From assembly GCA_030537155.1 (NCBI GenBank), contig JAUNOH010000007.1:8785-72784 (forward strand): a stretch of 64,000 nucleotides of DNA, given 5' to 3'. This document shows positions 32,156 through 45,345 of the stretch, in pieces (within the stretch, counting starts at the first letter, position 1; each line of letters begins with the position of its first letter). The translations under genes and the position numbers were made by a program. The DNA is from Bacillota bacterium (GTDB lineage Bacteria; Bacillota_I; Bacilli_A; RFN20; CAG-826). Under the pieces are notes generated by a model that had not been told where the DNA came from, ran no database searches, and was given only the letters and a program-made list of their open reading frames with translations.

Positions 32156-32673
32156 AGAAAAAACCGGAAATCGCCGTCGTGCCCCATAAGAAGGAGGCCG
32201 AGCTTTCGCCCGCCCCTGCGGCCCCCGCTAAGGAGCCGAAGAAGATGAGGGTTGGCAACATCCTCATCATCGTCTCCTCAGTTTTATTCATCTACGACGC
32301 GATTGCCTTCCAGCTATATCCGATGATTACTTCGGTCGCCTCGGGTGGCACCCCGATTTTGGCCGACGACAATTGGCAGATGGGCGTCAATTTGGTGGTG
32401 TGGCTGCTCTATCCGGTGTTTGCCATCTTTGAGGTATTCGCCTGCTTCGGCGGCTTTGCCTGGGTCTACAAAAAAGGCCGCATTCAGGGGATGACGCCCC
32501 TGATCTGCATTTTGGTCGTGGCCGCCTTATTGATCGACTTCGTCTTATTTATTACCTCGTTTACAAGTTCGTCTTCGAGGGTAACCTTTTTCCTGTCCTT
32601 CTTCCTCTTCGTGGCCATCGGCATCGTCTACCTCGTCGGGTGGGTGCTGACCAAAGACGATTTCGAGTATTGA
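32140..32673 (+). CDS. membrane protein (about 4 TM), unknown
   Basis: Basic, proline-rich N-terminus followed by hydrophobic segments. The true start is uncertain (internal Met at MRVGNIL is possible). Confidence 0.6.
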   Translation: MFLKRKKKPEIAVVPHKKEAELSPAPAAPAKEPKKMRVGNILIIVSSVLFIYDAIAFQLYPMITSVASGGTPILADDNWQMGVNLVVWLLYPVFAIFEVFACFGGFAWVYKKGRIQGMTPLICILVVAALLIDFVLFITSFTSSSSRVTFFLSFFLFVAIGIVYLVGWVLTKDDFEY

Positions 32674-32689
32674 TTCGAGTTTTAAAAAG

Positions 32690-32716
32690 AAATCCCCGGC
32701 GAAACCCGGGGATTTT
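32690..32716. terminator. bidirectional intrinsic terminator between convergent units
   Basis: 10-bp perfect stem AAATCCCCGG / CCGGGGATTT flanked by A- and T-runs. Confidence 0.8.
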
Positions 32717-32732
32717 TAGTACTTTAGAATTG

Positions 32733-32930
32733 TTACCTGTTTAGCAGGGAAGCCAGGATATCCCCGTATCCGACGATGCGGTGGGTAAAGTCCATAGTCA
32801 CATTGCGCCCGGCTTCGTAATAGCCGAGGATTTTATGGTGCGGATCGCGGAGGGTCTTGTTGCCCCTTCCATCGATTTCGAGGTAACCGATGATGCGGTG
32901 CATGCTATCTTCCAATGTCATGTTTGGCAT
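32733..32930 (-). CDS. 65-aa protein with three internal H-[RK]-I-[ILV]-G-Y repeats, unknown function
   Basis: HRIIGY, HKILGY and HRIVGY are spaced about 20 aa apart. GAGGAA lies before the ATG. Last gene of the minus-strand membrane-protein operon. Confidence 0.55.
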   Translation of the reverse strand: MPNMTLEDSMHRIIGYLEIDGRGNKTLRDPHHKILGYYEAGRNVTMDFTHRIVGYGDILASLLNR

Positions 32931-32941
32931 TTTTGTTTCCT

Positions 32942-33628
32942 CTATTTCTTCTCTTCCTTGTCGGGATATTTCTGGCCCGGCTTGAAGAGCTCGGAATCTA
33001 GCTTTCCAGCCTGGAAGTCCTTAAGCGATTTATGGAAGACGGAGCGGACCCTGACCTCGATCATGACTAACCTAGCCAGATACCCCTGGCAGGAGAGCAG
33101 ATACCAGGCGATGGCGATGATGGCGAGGATGGCGGTGATGTAACTCCCCAAATGGCCGATTTCGAATTTCGGATAACCCTCAACCAAAGGTGGCCAATCG
33201 GCCAAAACCGTCATGCCGAAGACCTTGGTGGTGACCCCCTCGGCCTGGAAGTCCCAGCGGAAGAAGAGCTCGGAGAACTCGCCGAAGACATCGGCCGTAA
33301 AATCGTTTCTGACCCCCGATGAGATGAGCCAGCAGAGCACGGCCAATATGCCGACCAACACCGGTTTCCAGGTTTGCTTAAATAAAAGCCTGCCGTTTTT
33401 CTTATAGGCCAGCTTCCGGAATTGCTTGGGGCTGGTGACGACGTTGGTCAAGACGACGTCATACATCATGCTCTCGCCGACTTCGCTCTGTTTTCCGACG
33501 ATGTAGCGGATGAGCATGCCGATGAGCCCCAAAAGCAGGAAGAGGATCAAAAGGATGATGGCGACGATGATCAAAGCCCGGCGGTCGGACTCGCTCAAAG
33601 ACACTGAAATCAGGAAGGAGGGAATCAT
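32942..33628 (-). CDS. membrane protein (about 4 TM), unknown
   Basis: Hydrophobic segments. 4-nt overlap with the upstream gene. Confidence 0.6.
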   Translation of the reverse strand: MIPSFLISVSLSESDRRALIIVAIILLILFLLLGLIGMLIRYIVGKQSEVGESMMYDVVLTNVVTSPKQFRKLAYKKNGRLLFKQTWKPVLVGILAVLCWLISSGVRNDFTADVFGEFSELFFRWDFQAEGVTTKVFGMTVLADWPPLVEGYPKFEIGHLGSYITAILAIIAIAWYLLSCQGYLARLVMIEVRVRSVFHKSLKDFQAGKLDSELFKPGQKYPDKEEKK

Positions 33629-34182
33629 TGTTCATCCCCCTTATTCTCTATGGCCGGATATACCGGTTCGGGTTCGGCGACTGTTGGTTGCTCCGGCTGC
33701 TGGATGATCTGTGGGGCCGGTTGCTGGGCGATTGGTGTGGGGGTCTCTTGGGTCCCGATCTGCCCGGTGGGGGCATTTGGAAGTTGAGATTGATTGTAGT
33801 AGGGGCCCTGCGGGAAAGGGGGCTGGGCGTATTGGGGGAGATTCTGCATCTGCGGCTGCTGCGGGGGTAGGGCTTGCTGTTGCTGCGGTTGACCCTGGTA
33901 GTAGTTTTGCTGGACGTAGATATTCTGGGGGGCCGGGGCCGGGGCAGGTTCTTCCTCCTTGGGGTTATTGACGATCTCGATGCGCCTTTGGGCCTCGACA
34001 TCCTCCTCGTATTCGGGGTATAGCTCCTCACCCCTGAAGAAGTGGACAATCAAGGCGATGCCGCGGAAGACCAGATTGAAGATGGCGAAAACCCCGACCA
34101 GGCAGCTTCCGGCCAGGATGAATGGGAAGATTATGATGTATAGCAGCCCGAGGCCGAACGATCTTAGAAAGCGCATCTTCAC
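33625..34182 (-). CDS. membrane protein with 2 N-terminal TM segments and a Q/P/Y-rich low-complexity C-terminal half
   Basis: Hydrophobic N-terminus, then NIYVQQNYYQGQPQQQQALPPQQPQMQNLPQYAQPPFPQGPYYNQSQ. 4-nt overlaps on both sides. Confidence 0.6.
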   Translation of the reverse strand: MKMRFLRSFGLGLLYIIIFPFILAGSCLVGVFAIFNLVFRGIALIVHFFRGEELYPEYEEDVEAQRRIEIVNNPKEEEPAPAPAPQNIYVQQNYYQGQPQQQQALPPQQPQMQNLPQYAQPPFPQGPYYNQSQLPNAPTGQIGTQETPTPIAQQPAPQIIQQPEQPTVAEPEPVYPAIENKGDEQ

Positions 34183-35111
34183 TCCGTATCGTTAATTGTA
34201 GGTTCGTCCCGTTTTCTTAACAACAAAAGGTTCAGGGCGAAAAGGCCAACCATCGCCCCTGATAGGGCGATTATGCCCAATAGATAGAGCCGGTTTTCCG
34301 GGACGATATTCAATAGGGGGAGCGTTATGCAGAGGCCGACGAAGAACGAGGCGCCAAGGGCCCAGTAATGCGAGGCTTTCCTCATCGGGATGGCCCCGGC
34401 GATGGCAAACACCGTCCAATATATTCCGAATAAAGCGAATAGATTAGCTAAGAAAAGACACTGGTCGAAGAAGGAAAATAACAGCACAAGGGCAAAGCAA
34501 AATAGGGCATAAAGCGGATAGGCGAAGGAAGATAGCCAAAGCGGCAGCGGCTTCTCATTATCCAGATGCAGCGGCGTTATCTCGATGAAGAGGTTGCTGA
34601 GGGAGCTTTGGGAGAGGGAGTAGGCATAGATGAAAGCGGGCACCCCATAGAGGATGTACTCGTTTTCGCTTAGCCCCAATAAGCCGAGCAAAAAACCGAT
34701 CATATCGATCTCATAAATCAGCTCGATGAGCGAGAGGGAAAGATAGGTCAAGCCCGTGTTTAAAAGCGAGACGAAAAACAGGGTCAAAGAGGTGGGCAAT
34801 CCGCATTTTTTGAAGAAGCCATATGCCACCCCGGAAATCAGGGAGGGCAATAGGTAAAAGAGGGTGTTGGAGAAATCCCAGGCCGTCACGGCGATGGATA
34901 AGCCGAGGCTAGCCACGACGTAGACCGGGTAATAACGGGCTTGGCAGTAATAGGCGGTCAAAGCCGAGGCCAAAGGCAGGAAGATCATGATGAATAAACC
35001 CGCCAGCGGGAAGAAGGAGGCCAGTAGGGAAAAGATGATGTTCAAAGCCGCCATCATCGACATGAAGGCGATGTTTTGGATTGGGGTCTTTCTTGGAGTC
35101 ATAGCCGCCAT
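34179..35111 (-). CDS. polytopic membrane protein (about 8-9 TM), unknown
   Basis: 310 aa, almost entirely hydrophobic segments. First gene of the operon. Confidence 0.65.
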   Translation of the reverse strand: MAAMTPRKTPIQNIAFMSMMAALNIIFSLLASFFPLAGLFIMIFLPLASALTAYYCQARYYPVYVVASLGLSIAVTAWDFSNTLFYLLPSLISGVAYGFFKKCGLPTSLTLFFVSLLNTGLTYLSLSLIELIYEIDMIGFLLGLLGLSENEYILYGVPAFIYAYSLSQSSLSNLFIEITPLHLDNEKPLPLWLSSFAYPLYALFCFALVLLFSFFDQCLFLANLFALFGIYWTVFAIAGAIPMRKASHYWALGASFFVGLCITLPLLNIVPENRLYLLGIIALSGAMVGLFALNLLLLRKRDEPTINDTE

Positions 35112-35118
35112 GGGGAAT

Positions 35119-35127
35119 ATTTTACCA
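35119..35127 (-). promoter_or_regulatory. extended -10 TGgTAAAAT 7 nt upstream of ATG 35111 (leaderless-type layout)
   Basis: The minus strand reads TGGTAAAAT-ATTCCCC-ATG with no SD. Confidence 0.5.
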
Positions 35128-35199
35128 ATTCTTTAACAGTGTATGAGATGCGGCCTCGAAAATAGACCCATTCCTTTTTAAAAGGAAGGCATCCCGTAG

Positions 35200-35205
35200 T
35201 AGAAT
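35200..35205 (+). promoter_or_regulatory. -10 box TAGAAT 8 nt upstream of the pcrA ATG (leaderless-type layout)
   Basis: TAGAAT-ATCCCCGT-ATG with no SD. Confidence 0.45.
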
Positions 35206-35213
35206 ATCCCCGT

Positions 35214-39499
<4,286 letters not shown>

Positions 39500-39539
39500 T
39501 AAAAGGGAGGGCCGCTAATTAAAATTAGTTTCAACCATT

Positions 39540-39836
39540 ATGGAAAAGATAACGCTGGAATTACTTAAGGATGCCGCGCATCGGATGATGTTCGACATGT
39601 CTGAGTCCGAATATGAGACTCTTTTGGGCGAATTCGCCACCCTGACCAAGCAGATGGAGGCCATCGGCAAGATCGGCGGGCTCGACGAATATGAGCCCAT
39701 GACCTTCCCCTTCGACGTGACGGTCGACTGCCTCCGGGAGGATGTCCCCGAAAAGCCTTTGGACAAGGAAGAGGCCCTCGCCAACGCGGGAAGCAAACTA
39801 GATGGGCAGATTAAACTGCCGAAGGTGGTGGGCTGA
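39540..39836 (+). CDS. gatC: Asp/Glu-tRNA amidotransferase subunit C
   Basis: 98 aa, located immediately upstream of gatA-gatB. Confidence 0.85.
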   Translation: MEKITLELLKDAAHRMMFDMSESEYETLLGEFATLTKQMEAIGKIGGLDEYEPMTFPFDVTVDCLREDVPEKPLDKEEALANAGSKLDGQIKLPKVVG

Positions 39837-41305
39837 TGCATATACTCGATTTGACGATTTTGGAGATCCACCAGGCCCTAGTCGAAAAAAGGATCACCGC
39901 CAAGGAATTGGTTTTGGAATCTTTGAGGCGGGCCAAGGAAAATAAAGACAACGCCTTCGAGATGATCACCGAGGAGGAGGCTTTGCGTCAGCTATCCGAA
40001 CTCGGGGAGGTCGAGGAGGATAACCCCTTATGGGGAATCCCCTTCTGCCTGAAGGATAATTTCTCGACGAAAGGGATGGAGACGACCGCCTCCTCCAACG
40101 TCTTAAACGGCTATACCCCCCTATACGATGCGACCGTCTATCAAAAGCTACGCGAAAAGAAGGCGATTCTAGTAGGGAAAACCACCCTCGATGAGTTAGC
40201 TATGGGTGGCAGTGGGACCACCGGACATAAGGGGAAGACATACAACCCCTGGGATTCCAGCCACACCCGCCAAGTCGGTGGGTCGAGCTGCGGCTCGGCC
40301 GTTGCCGTCTCTTCCGGCATCGTACCCTTTGCCTTGGGCAGCGACACCGGGGACTCCGTCCGTAAGCCGGCCTCCTTAGCCGGTTTGGTCGGCATGAAGC
40401 CAAGCTGGGGAAGGATCTCCCGTTATGGATTATTCCCGTTCGCGCCTTCATTGGACCACGTCGCCTATTTCACCAGGAGCGCAGCCGACTCCGCCATCTT
40501 GCTATCCGTCCTCTCGGGCCGCGATGAGCATGATGCCACCTCCTCCTTCAAGCCGGTCGAGGATTACCCCTCCTATATCGGCAAGCCCATCGCGGGGATG
40601 AAGATCGCCGTCTTGAATGACGTCGTCAACACCATCTCCGACAAAGTGGTACTCGATAAATTCAATAAATCGCTCACCGAATTGGAAAAGCTGGGCGCCA
40701 AGGTCGACCGCGTCGATTTCTCGCCTGAGCTATTGGGGGCGATATACGCCGCCTACATGGTCATCTCCTGCGCCGAGGCCACCTCTAACGACGCCAATCT
40801 GGATGGCATCAAATTCGGGCCTTATCTCGGCGGCAACACCTATCAGGAAGTCATGTCCAACGCCCGCACCGCCGGCTTCTCAGAACTCATCAAGAGGCGT
40901 TTCGTCATCGGCTCCTTCTCCTTGATGGCCGAGAATCAGGACGTCTTATTCAGAAGGGCCCAGAGGCTTCGCGCCAAAATCGTCGAGCGGGCCAATCAGG
41001 TGTTTGAGGAATACGACTTCATCTTTGCCCCGGCGGCCCCCTCCATCGCCCCCTTATTCTCCGGCAATAGCGACCGCCTCTCCGACGAATACCTCATTGC
41101 CGACAACCATCTGGCCCTAGGTAACTTCGGGGGTTTCCCCTCGTTGACCCTGCCATTGGGCTTTGAGGATGGGATGCCTTTGGGCGTCAACTTCACCGGC
41201 CGCCCCTTCGAGGAGGGGAAACTACTCGCCATGGCCGAGGCCTTCGAATCCGTCAGTGGGCTCTCCGGCTTAAGCGTTATCAACAGGAAGGGGGAGAAAC
41301 TATGA
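39836..41305 (+). CDS. gatA: Asp/Glu-tRNA amidotransferase subunit A
   Basis: Amidase signature GGSSCGSAVAVSSG. Confidence 0.92.
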   Translation: MHILDLTILEIHQALVEKRITAKELVLESLRRAKENKDNAFEMITEEEALRQLSELGEVEEDNPLWGIPFCLKDNFSTKGMETTASSNVLNGYTPLYDATVYQKLREKKAILVGKTTLDELAMGGSGTTGHKGKTYNPWDSSHTRQVGGSSCGSAVAVSSGIVPFALGSDTGDSVRKPASLAGLVGMKPSWGRISRYGLFPFAPSLDHVAYFTRSAADSAILLSVLSGRDEHDATSSFKPVEDYPSYIGKPIAGMKIAVLNDVVNTISDKVVLDKFNKSLTELEKLGAKVDRVDFSPELLGAIYAAYMVISCAEATSNDANLDGIKFGPYLGGNTYQEVMSNARTAGFSELIKRRFVIGSFSLMAENQDVLFRRAQRLRAKIVERANQVFEEYDFIFAPAAPSIAPLFSGNSDRLSDEYLIADNHLALGNFGGFPSLTLPLGFEDGMPLGVNFTGRPFEEGKLLAMAEAFESVSGLSGLSVINRKGEKL

Positions 41306-42729
41306 ACTTCGAAGCAGTCATCGGTCTTGAGATCCACGTCGAGATGAAGACGGCCTCCAAGATGTTCTCTTCCGCCCCCAATTCCTTCTCCACCCAGCCC
41401 AATACCCAGGTCGCCCTTTTGGATATGGCCTATCCGGGCACGATGCCCTTAGTCAATAAACAGGCCGTCATCAACGCCATCCGCGTCTGCCACGCCCTCC
41501 ACATGGACATCGACCAATTGGTCAGGTTCGACCGCAAGAACTATTTTTACGCCGACCTCCCCAAGGGCTTTCAGATCACCCAGCAGTTCCACCCCATCGG
41601 CAGCGAGGGCTACCTCGACGTCGAGGGAAAGGATGGCAAACTCAAACGCATCCGCATCGAGAGGCTCCACATGGAGGAGGATACCTGCAAGCAGTTGCAC
41701 TTCCCCGATTACTCCCTGCTCGACTATAACCGGGCCGGCGTCCCCCTGGTGGAAATCGTCTCCCGCCCCGACATCAGGGATGGCACCGAGGCCATGCACT
41801 ATGTCGAGAATATTAGAAACATCGTCGTCTACTCCTTAGTGAGCGATGGCAAGATGGAGGAGGGGTCATTGCGTTGCGACGTCAACATCTCCCTCCGTCC
41901 CTATGGCTCCGATAAATTCGGCACCAAGGTCGAGATTAAAAACCTCAACTCCCTCAAAAACATCGAGGAGGCCATCGACTACGAGATAAAGCGGCAAAAC
42001 GCCCTCCTTCTTTCGGGCACCCCGATCAATCAGGAGACCCGCCGCTTCGACGAGGCCAGCAAGAAGACGATTTTGATGAGGGTCAAAACCTCGGCCGTCG
42101 ACTATAAATACTTCCCCGAGCCGAATATCGTCCCCATCCGCCTCTCGGATTCCTTCGTTGAAGATGCCATCTCCTCCTGCCCCGAACTATACGAGCAGAA
42201 GAAGGAGAGATACCTCTCGATGGGGCTTAGCAAAACAGACGCCGAGATCATCCTCTCGGATTTAGACAGCGCCTCCTATTTTGAGAAAGCCGCCAAGGAC
42301 GCCAAATCGGCCAAGACGGTCGCCAATTTCCTCATCGTCGAGGTCAATGGCTACCTGAACAAAAACGCGGTGGGGCTCTCCGAGTTCCCGTTGCCCCCGG
42401 AGAAATTAGGGGAGATCGCCAGCCTCCAGGAGGATGGTTACACCCACAAGCAGTGCGTGGATATCTTCAACTACCTTTTGAATAACGATGTCCCAGTCGA
42501 GCAGGCTAGGAAATCCTTAGGCATCGAGAAGCAGGTCGAGGACCTCTCCTTAATGCTAAAGGCCGTCACCGAGATATTGGACGCCAACCCGCAGTCGGTC
42601 GCCGACTTCAAAGCCGGCAAGGATCGGGCCAAGGGCTTCCTGATCGGGCAGATAATGAAGCAGTACAAGGGCAAGTTCAATCCGGCCTCGCTCAACAAGA
42701 TGATGGAAGAGGAATTGGGTAAACGCTGA
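41302..42729 (+). CDS. gatB: Asp/Glu-tRNA amidotransferase subunit B
   Basis: N-terminal IGLEIHVE, with the typical GatB length and C-terminal YqeY-like tail. Confidence 0.92.
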   Translation: MNFEAVIGLEIHVEMKTASKMFSSAPNSFSTQPNTQVALLDMAYPGTMPLVNKQAVINAIRVCHALHMDIDQLVRFDRKNYFYADLPKGFQITQQFHPIGSEGYLDVEGKDGKLKRIRIERLHMEEDTCKQLHFPDYSLLDYNRAGVPLVEIVSRPDIRDGTEAMHYVENIRNIVVYSLVSDGKMEEGSLRCDVNISLRPYGSDKFGTKVEIKNLNSLKNIEEAIDYEIKRQNALLLSGTPINQETRRFDEASKKTILMRVKTSAVDYKYFPEPNIVPIRLSDSFVEDAISSCPELYEQKKERYLSMGLSKTDAEIILSDLDSASYFEKAAKDAKSAKTVANFLIVEVNGYLNKNAVGLSEFPLPPEKLGEIASLQEDGYTHKQCVDIFNYLLNNDVPVEQARKSLGIEKQVEDLSLMLKAVTEILDANPQSVADFKAGKDRAKGFLIGQIMKQYKGKFNPASLNKMMEEELGKR

Positions 42730-43421
42730 TGGGCCAGGAAGTTAAGCAACTGCAGGATTGGTTGGACGAGGTCGCCTCCTTTTCGCTACCCAGCTACAAG
42801 GAGCTACCCGGCATCGACCTCTACATGGAGCAGGTGCTTTCCTACATCAACGGCGTCCTCTCTCCCTTTGAAAGCGACGACCCCAAGAAGGGGCTAACCT
42901 CCTTCATGGTCAATAACTACGTCAAGGCCAAGATCATCACCGAGCCCATCAAGAAGAAATACTCCAAAAACCAGATTGGCTATCTAATGGCCATCACCCT
43001 GATGAAGCAGACGATGTCGCTCGACCAGATGAAGACGATGCTCTCCCTCGACCCCTTCGTCACCAACGACTTGGGAAGGCTATATGACTTCTATAGAGGG
43101 GTCCAGACCCGGGTCATGAACGAACGCGTCAAATTGACGAAGCGCACCGTCGATAACTGTGTGAACGACTTTGAGAAAGTCGCCGAAACCGATCCGAAGA
43201 AGGCCGAGGATGGCTTAACCGGGAGATTGGGTCTAGTGGCCCTCCGCCTGGCGGCTGAGGCCGAGATATGCAAACTCATTTCCGATAAGCTGATCGAGAC
43301 ATTGGCCCAGCGGCTCGAAAATGAGGCTAAAATGAAAAAAGAGGCCAAAGAGGAAAACTCGGCCAAGCGCAAAAAAGAAATCGAACGCTCACTCAAGAAA
43401 AACAAAGGAGAGAAGCAATGA
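42729..43421 (+). CDS. DUF1836-like protein with a K/E-rich C-terminal tail
   Basis: ELPGIDLYMEQVLSYIN and MVNNYVKAKII resemble DUF1836. Translationally coupled on both sides. Confidence 0.6.
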   Translation: MGQEVKQLQDWLDEVASFSLPSYKELPGIDLYMEQVLSYINGVLSPFESDDPKKGLTSFMVNNYVKAKIITEPIKKKYSKNQIGYLMAITLMKQTMSLDQMKTMLSLDPFVTNDLGRLYDFYRGVQTRVMNERVKLTKRTVDNCVNDFEKVAETDPKKAEDGLTGRLGLVALRLAAEAEICKLISDKLIETLAQRLENEAKMKKEAKEENSAKRKKEIERSLKKNKGEKQ

Positions 43422-44428
43422 GGGTTTTAGTCACAGGCGGAATGGGCTTCATCGGCTCAGAGACGGTCATCGCCCTATTGGAGGCGGGATTTGAGCCGGT
43501 AATCGCCGACAATCTGTCGAATTCCAAGGAGAAGGTCCTCGATAGAATCGAGACGCTAACCGGCAAAAGGCCGCCCTTTTATAAGGTGGATTGCTGCGAT
43601 GAGGGCGAATTCAGGAAGGTCTTCGAGAAGGAACACATCGACGCCGTCATCCACTTCGCCGGGCTTAAGGCCGTCGGCGAAAGCGTCGTCAAACCGCTCG
43701 AATACTATAAGAATAACCTCGATAGCACCTTCACCCTGCTTTCTTTGATGAGGGAGTTCGGGGTCAAAAACATCATCTTCTCCTCCTCGGCCACCGTCTA
43801 TGGCGTGCCGACCCATATGCCTTTGGTGGAAACAGATCCGACCGGTGGGGCCACTAACCCCTATGGCATGACCAAAGTCATGATCGAGAGGATCCTCACC
43901 GACTTCCAGAAGGCCAACCCCGAGTTCAACGTGATTTTGCTACGTTACTTCAACCCGATCGGCGCCCACCCCTCCGGCTTATTGGGTGAAGACCCCAACG
44001 GCATCCCCAATAACCTCATGCCTTATATCTCCCAGGTCTCCGTCGGTAAATTGAAGCAGTTAAAGATTTATGGCGACGATTACCCGACCCCCGATGGCAC
44101 CGGCGTCCGCGACTACATCCACGTCCTGGATCTGGCCGAGGGACACGTGGCCTCGCTTAGGAAATTCGCCGACAAACCGGGGCTTGAGATATATAACCTC
44201 GGCACCGGGAAGGGGACCTCAGTCCTTGAATTGGTCCACGCCTTCGAGGAGGCCAACGGCATCAAGATCCCCTACATCATCGGCCCCAGGAGGGCAGGGG
44301 ACGTGGCCGAGAACTACGCCAACTGCGACAAGGCCAAAAAGGAACTAGGCTGGGAGGCGCGTTTCTCCATCGTCGACGCCTGCCGCGATTCCTACAACTT
44401 CCAAAAGAAAAACCCCAACGGCATTTAA
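43418..44428 (+). CDS. galE: UDP-glucose 4-epimerase
   Basis: Rossmann GGMGFIGS, catalytic YGMTK, 336 aa. Confidence 0.9.
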   Translation: MRVLVTGGMGFIGSETVIALLEAGFEPVIADNLSNSKEKVLDRIETLTGKRPPFYKVDCCDEGEFRKVFEKEHIDAVIHFAGLKAVGESVVKPLEYYKNNLDSTFTLLSLMREFGVKNIIFSSSATVYGVPTHMPLVETDPTGGATNPYGMTKVMIERILTDFQKANPEFNVILLRYFNPIGAHPSGLLGEDPNGIPNNLMPYISQVSVGKLKQLKIYGDDYPTPDGTGVRDYIHVLDLAEGHVASLRKFADKPGLEIYNLGTGKGTSVLELVHAFEEANGIKIPYIIGPRRAGDVAENYANCDKAKKELGWEARFSIVDACRDSYNFQKKNPNGI

Positions 44429-44440
44429 GGAGCGATATCA

Positions 44441-45343
44441 ATGTACGAGCAATTCCAAGTCCAACTCCCGAGCGGAGAGATCATCAAAGGCTGCCACTGG
44501 AAGGCCAAAAACCCCACCCACAACCTCGTCCTCCACACCGGGATGAACGAGTATGCCGCCCGTTATGAGCCCTTGGCCGAATACCTCAACGAATTCGGCA
44601 TCAACGTCTGGGTCCACGACGCCTTCGGGCAGGGCTTAAACGCCAAAAGCCTCGAGGAGCTCGAGATCTGGCCGGAAGATGGCTTCTTCAAGTCGGTCGA
44701 TGGCCTGGCCCTAAACGTCGAGAGGGTTAAAAAAGAAACTGGTTTACCCACCGTTTTGATGGGTTTCTCCATGGGCTCATTCATGGCCCAGAGCTATTTG
44801 GAGAGGCACCCCAATACCGCCGATAAGGTCATCATCGCCGGGAGCGACGGCCCCTCGAAGAAATACGGCCTGGCCAAATTCATCGCCAAGCTCCGCGTCA
44901 ACAAGAAAAACTGGACCAAGAAGGATAAATTGCTCTCCTATCTCTGCATCGGCAATTTCTCCTCCGCCGTCAAGGATAGGAAGACGGATGTCGACTGGCT
45001 CTCCCATGACCCGAAAGTCGTCCAGGCCTATATCGATGACCCCTATTGCGGGGCCGATAACACGAAGAGTTTCTTCCTTGGTTTCTTCACCGGCTTAGCC
45101 AGCCTTTATAAGAAAAAGAACCTCGCCAACATCTCCAAAGACGAGAAGATCCTCGTCATCGCCGGGGATGAGGATCCCGTTGGGGGAAATGGCAAAGGCC
45201 CGCGCAAACTGGCGAAGATGTATCAGAAGCTCGGCGTCAAAGACGTCACCCTGATCATCTATCCCGGACAGCGCCACGAGATCCATAACGGGATCGGCAA
45301 GCATAAGACCAGAGAGGACCTCAAGGACTTCATTTTGAAATAG
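44441..45343 (+). CDS. alpha/beta hydrolase (lysophospholipase/monoacylglycerol-lipase-like)
   Basis: Nucleophile elbow GFSMGS and C-terminal H in QRHEI. Confidence 0.75.
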   Translation: MYEQFQVQLPSGEIIKGCHWKAKNPTHNLVLHTGMNEYAARYEPLAEYLNEFGINVWVHDAFGQGLNAKSLEELEIWPEDGFFKSVDGLALNVERVKKETGLPTVLMGFSMGSFMAQSYLERHPNTADKVIIAGSDGPSKKYGLAKFIAKLRVNKKNWTKKDKLLSYLCIGNFSSAVKDRKTDVDWLSHDPKVVQAYIDDPYCGADNTKSFFLGFFTGLASLYKKKNLANISKDEKILVIAGDEDPVGGNGKGPRKLAKMYQKLGVKDVTLIIYPGQRHEIHNGIGKHKTREDLKDFILK

Positions 45344-45345
45344 CG

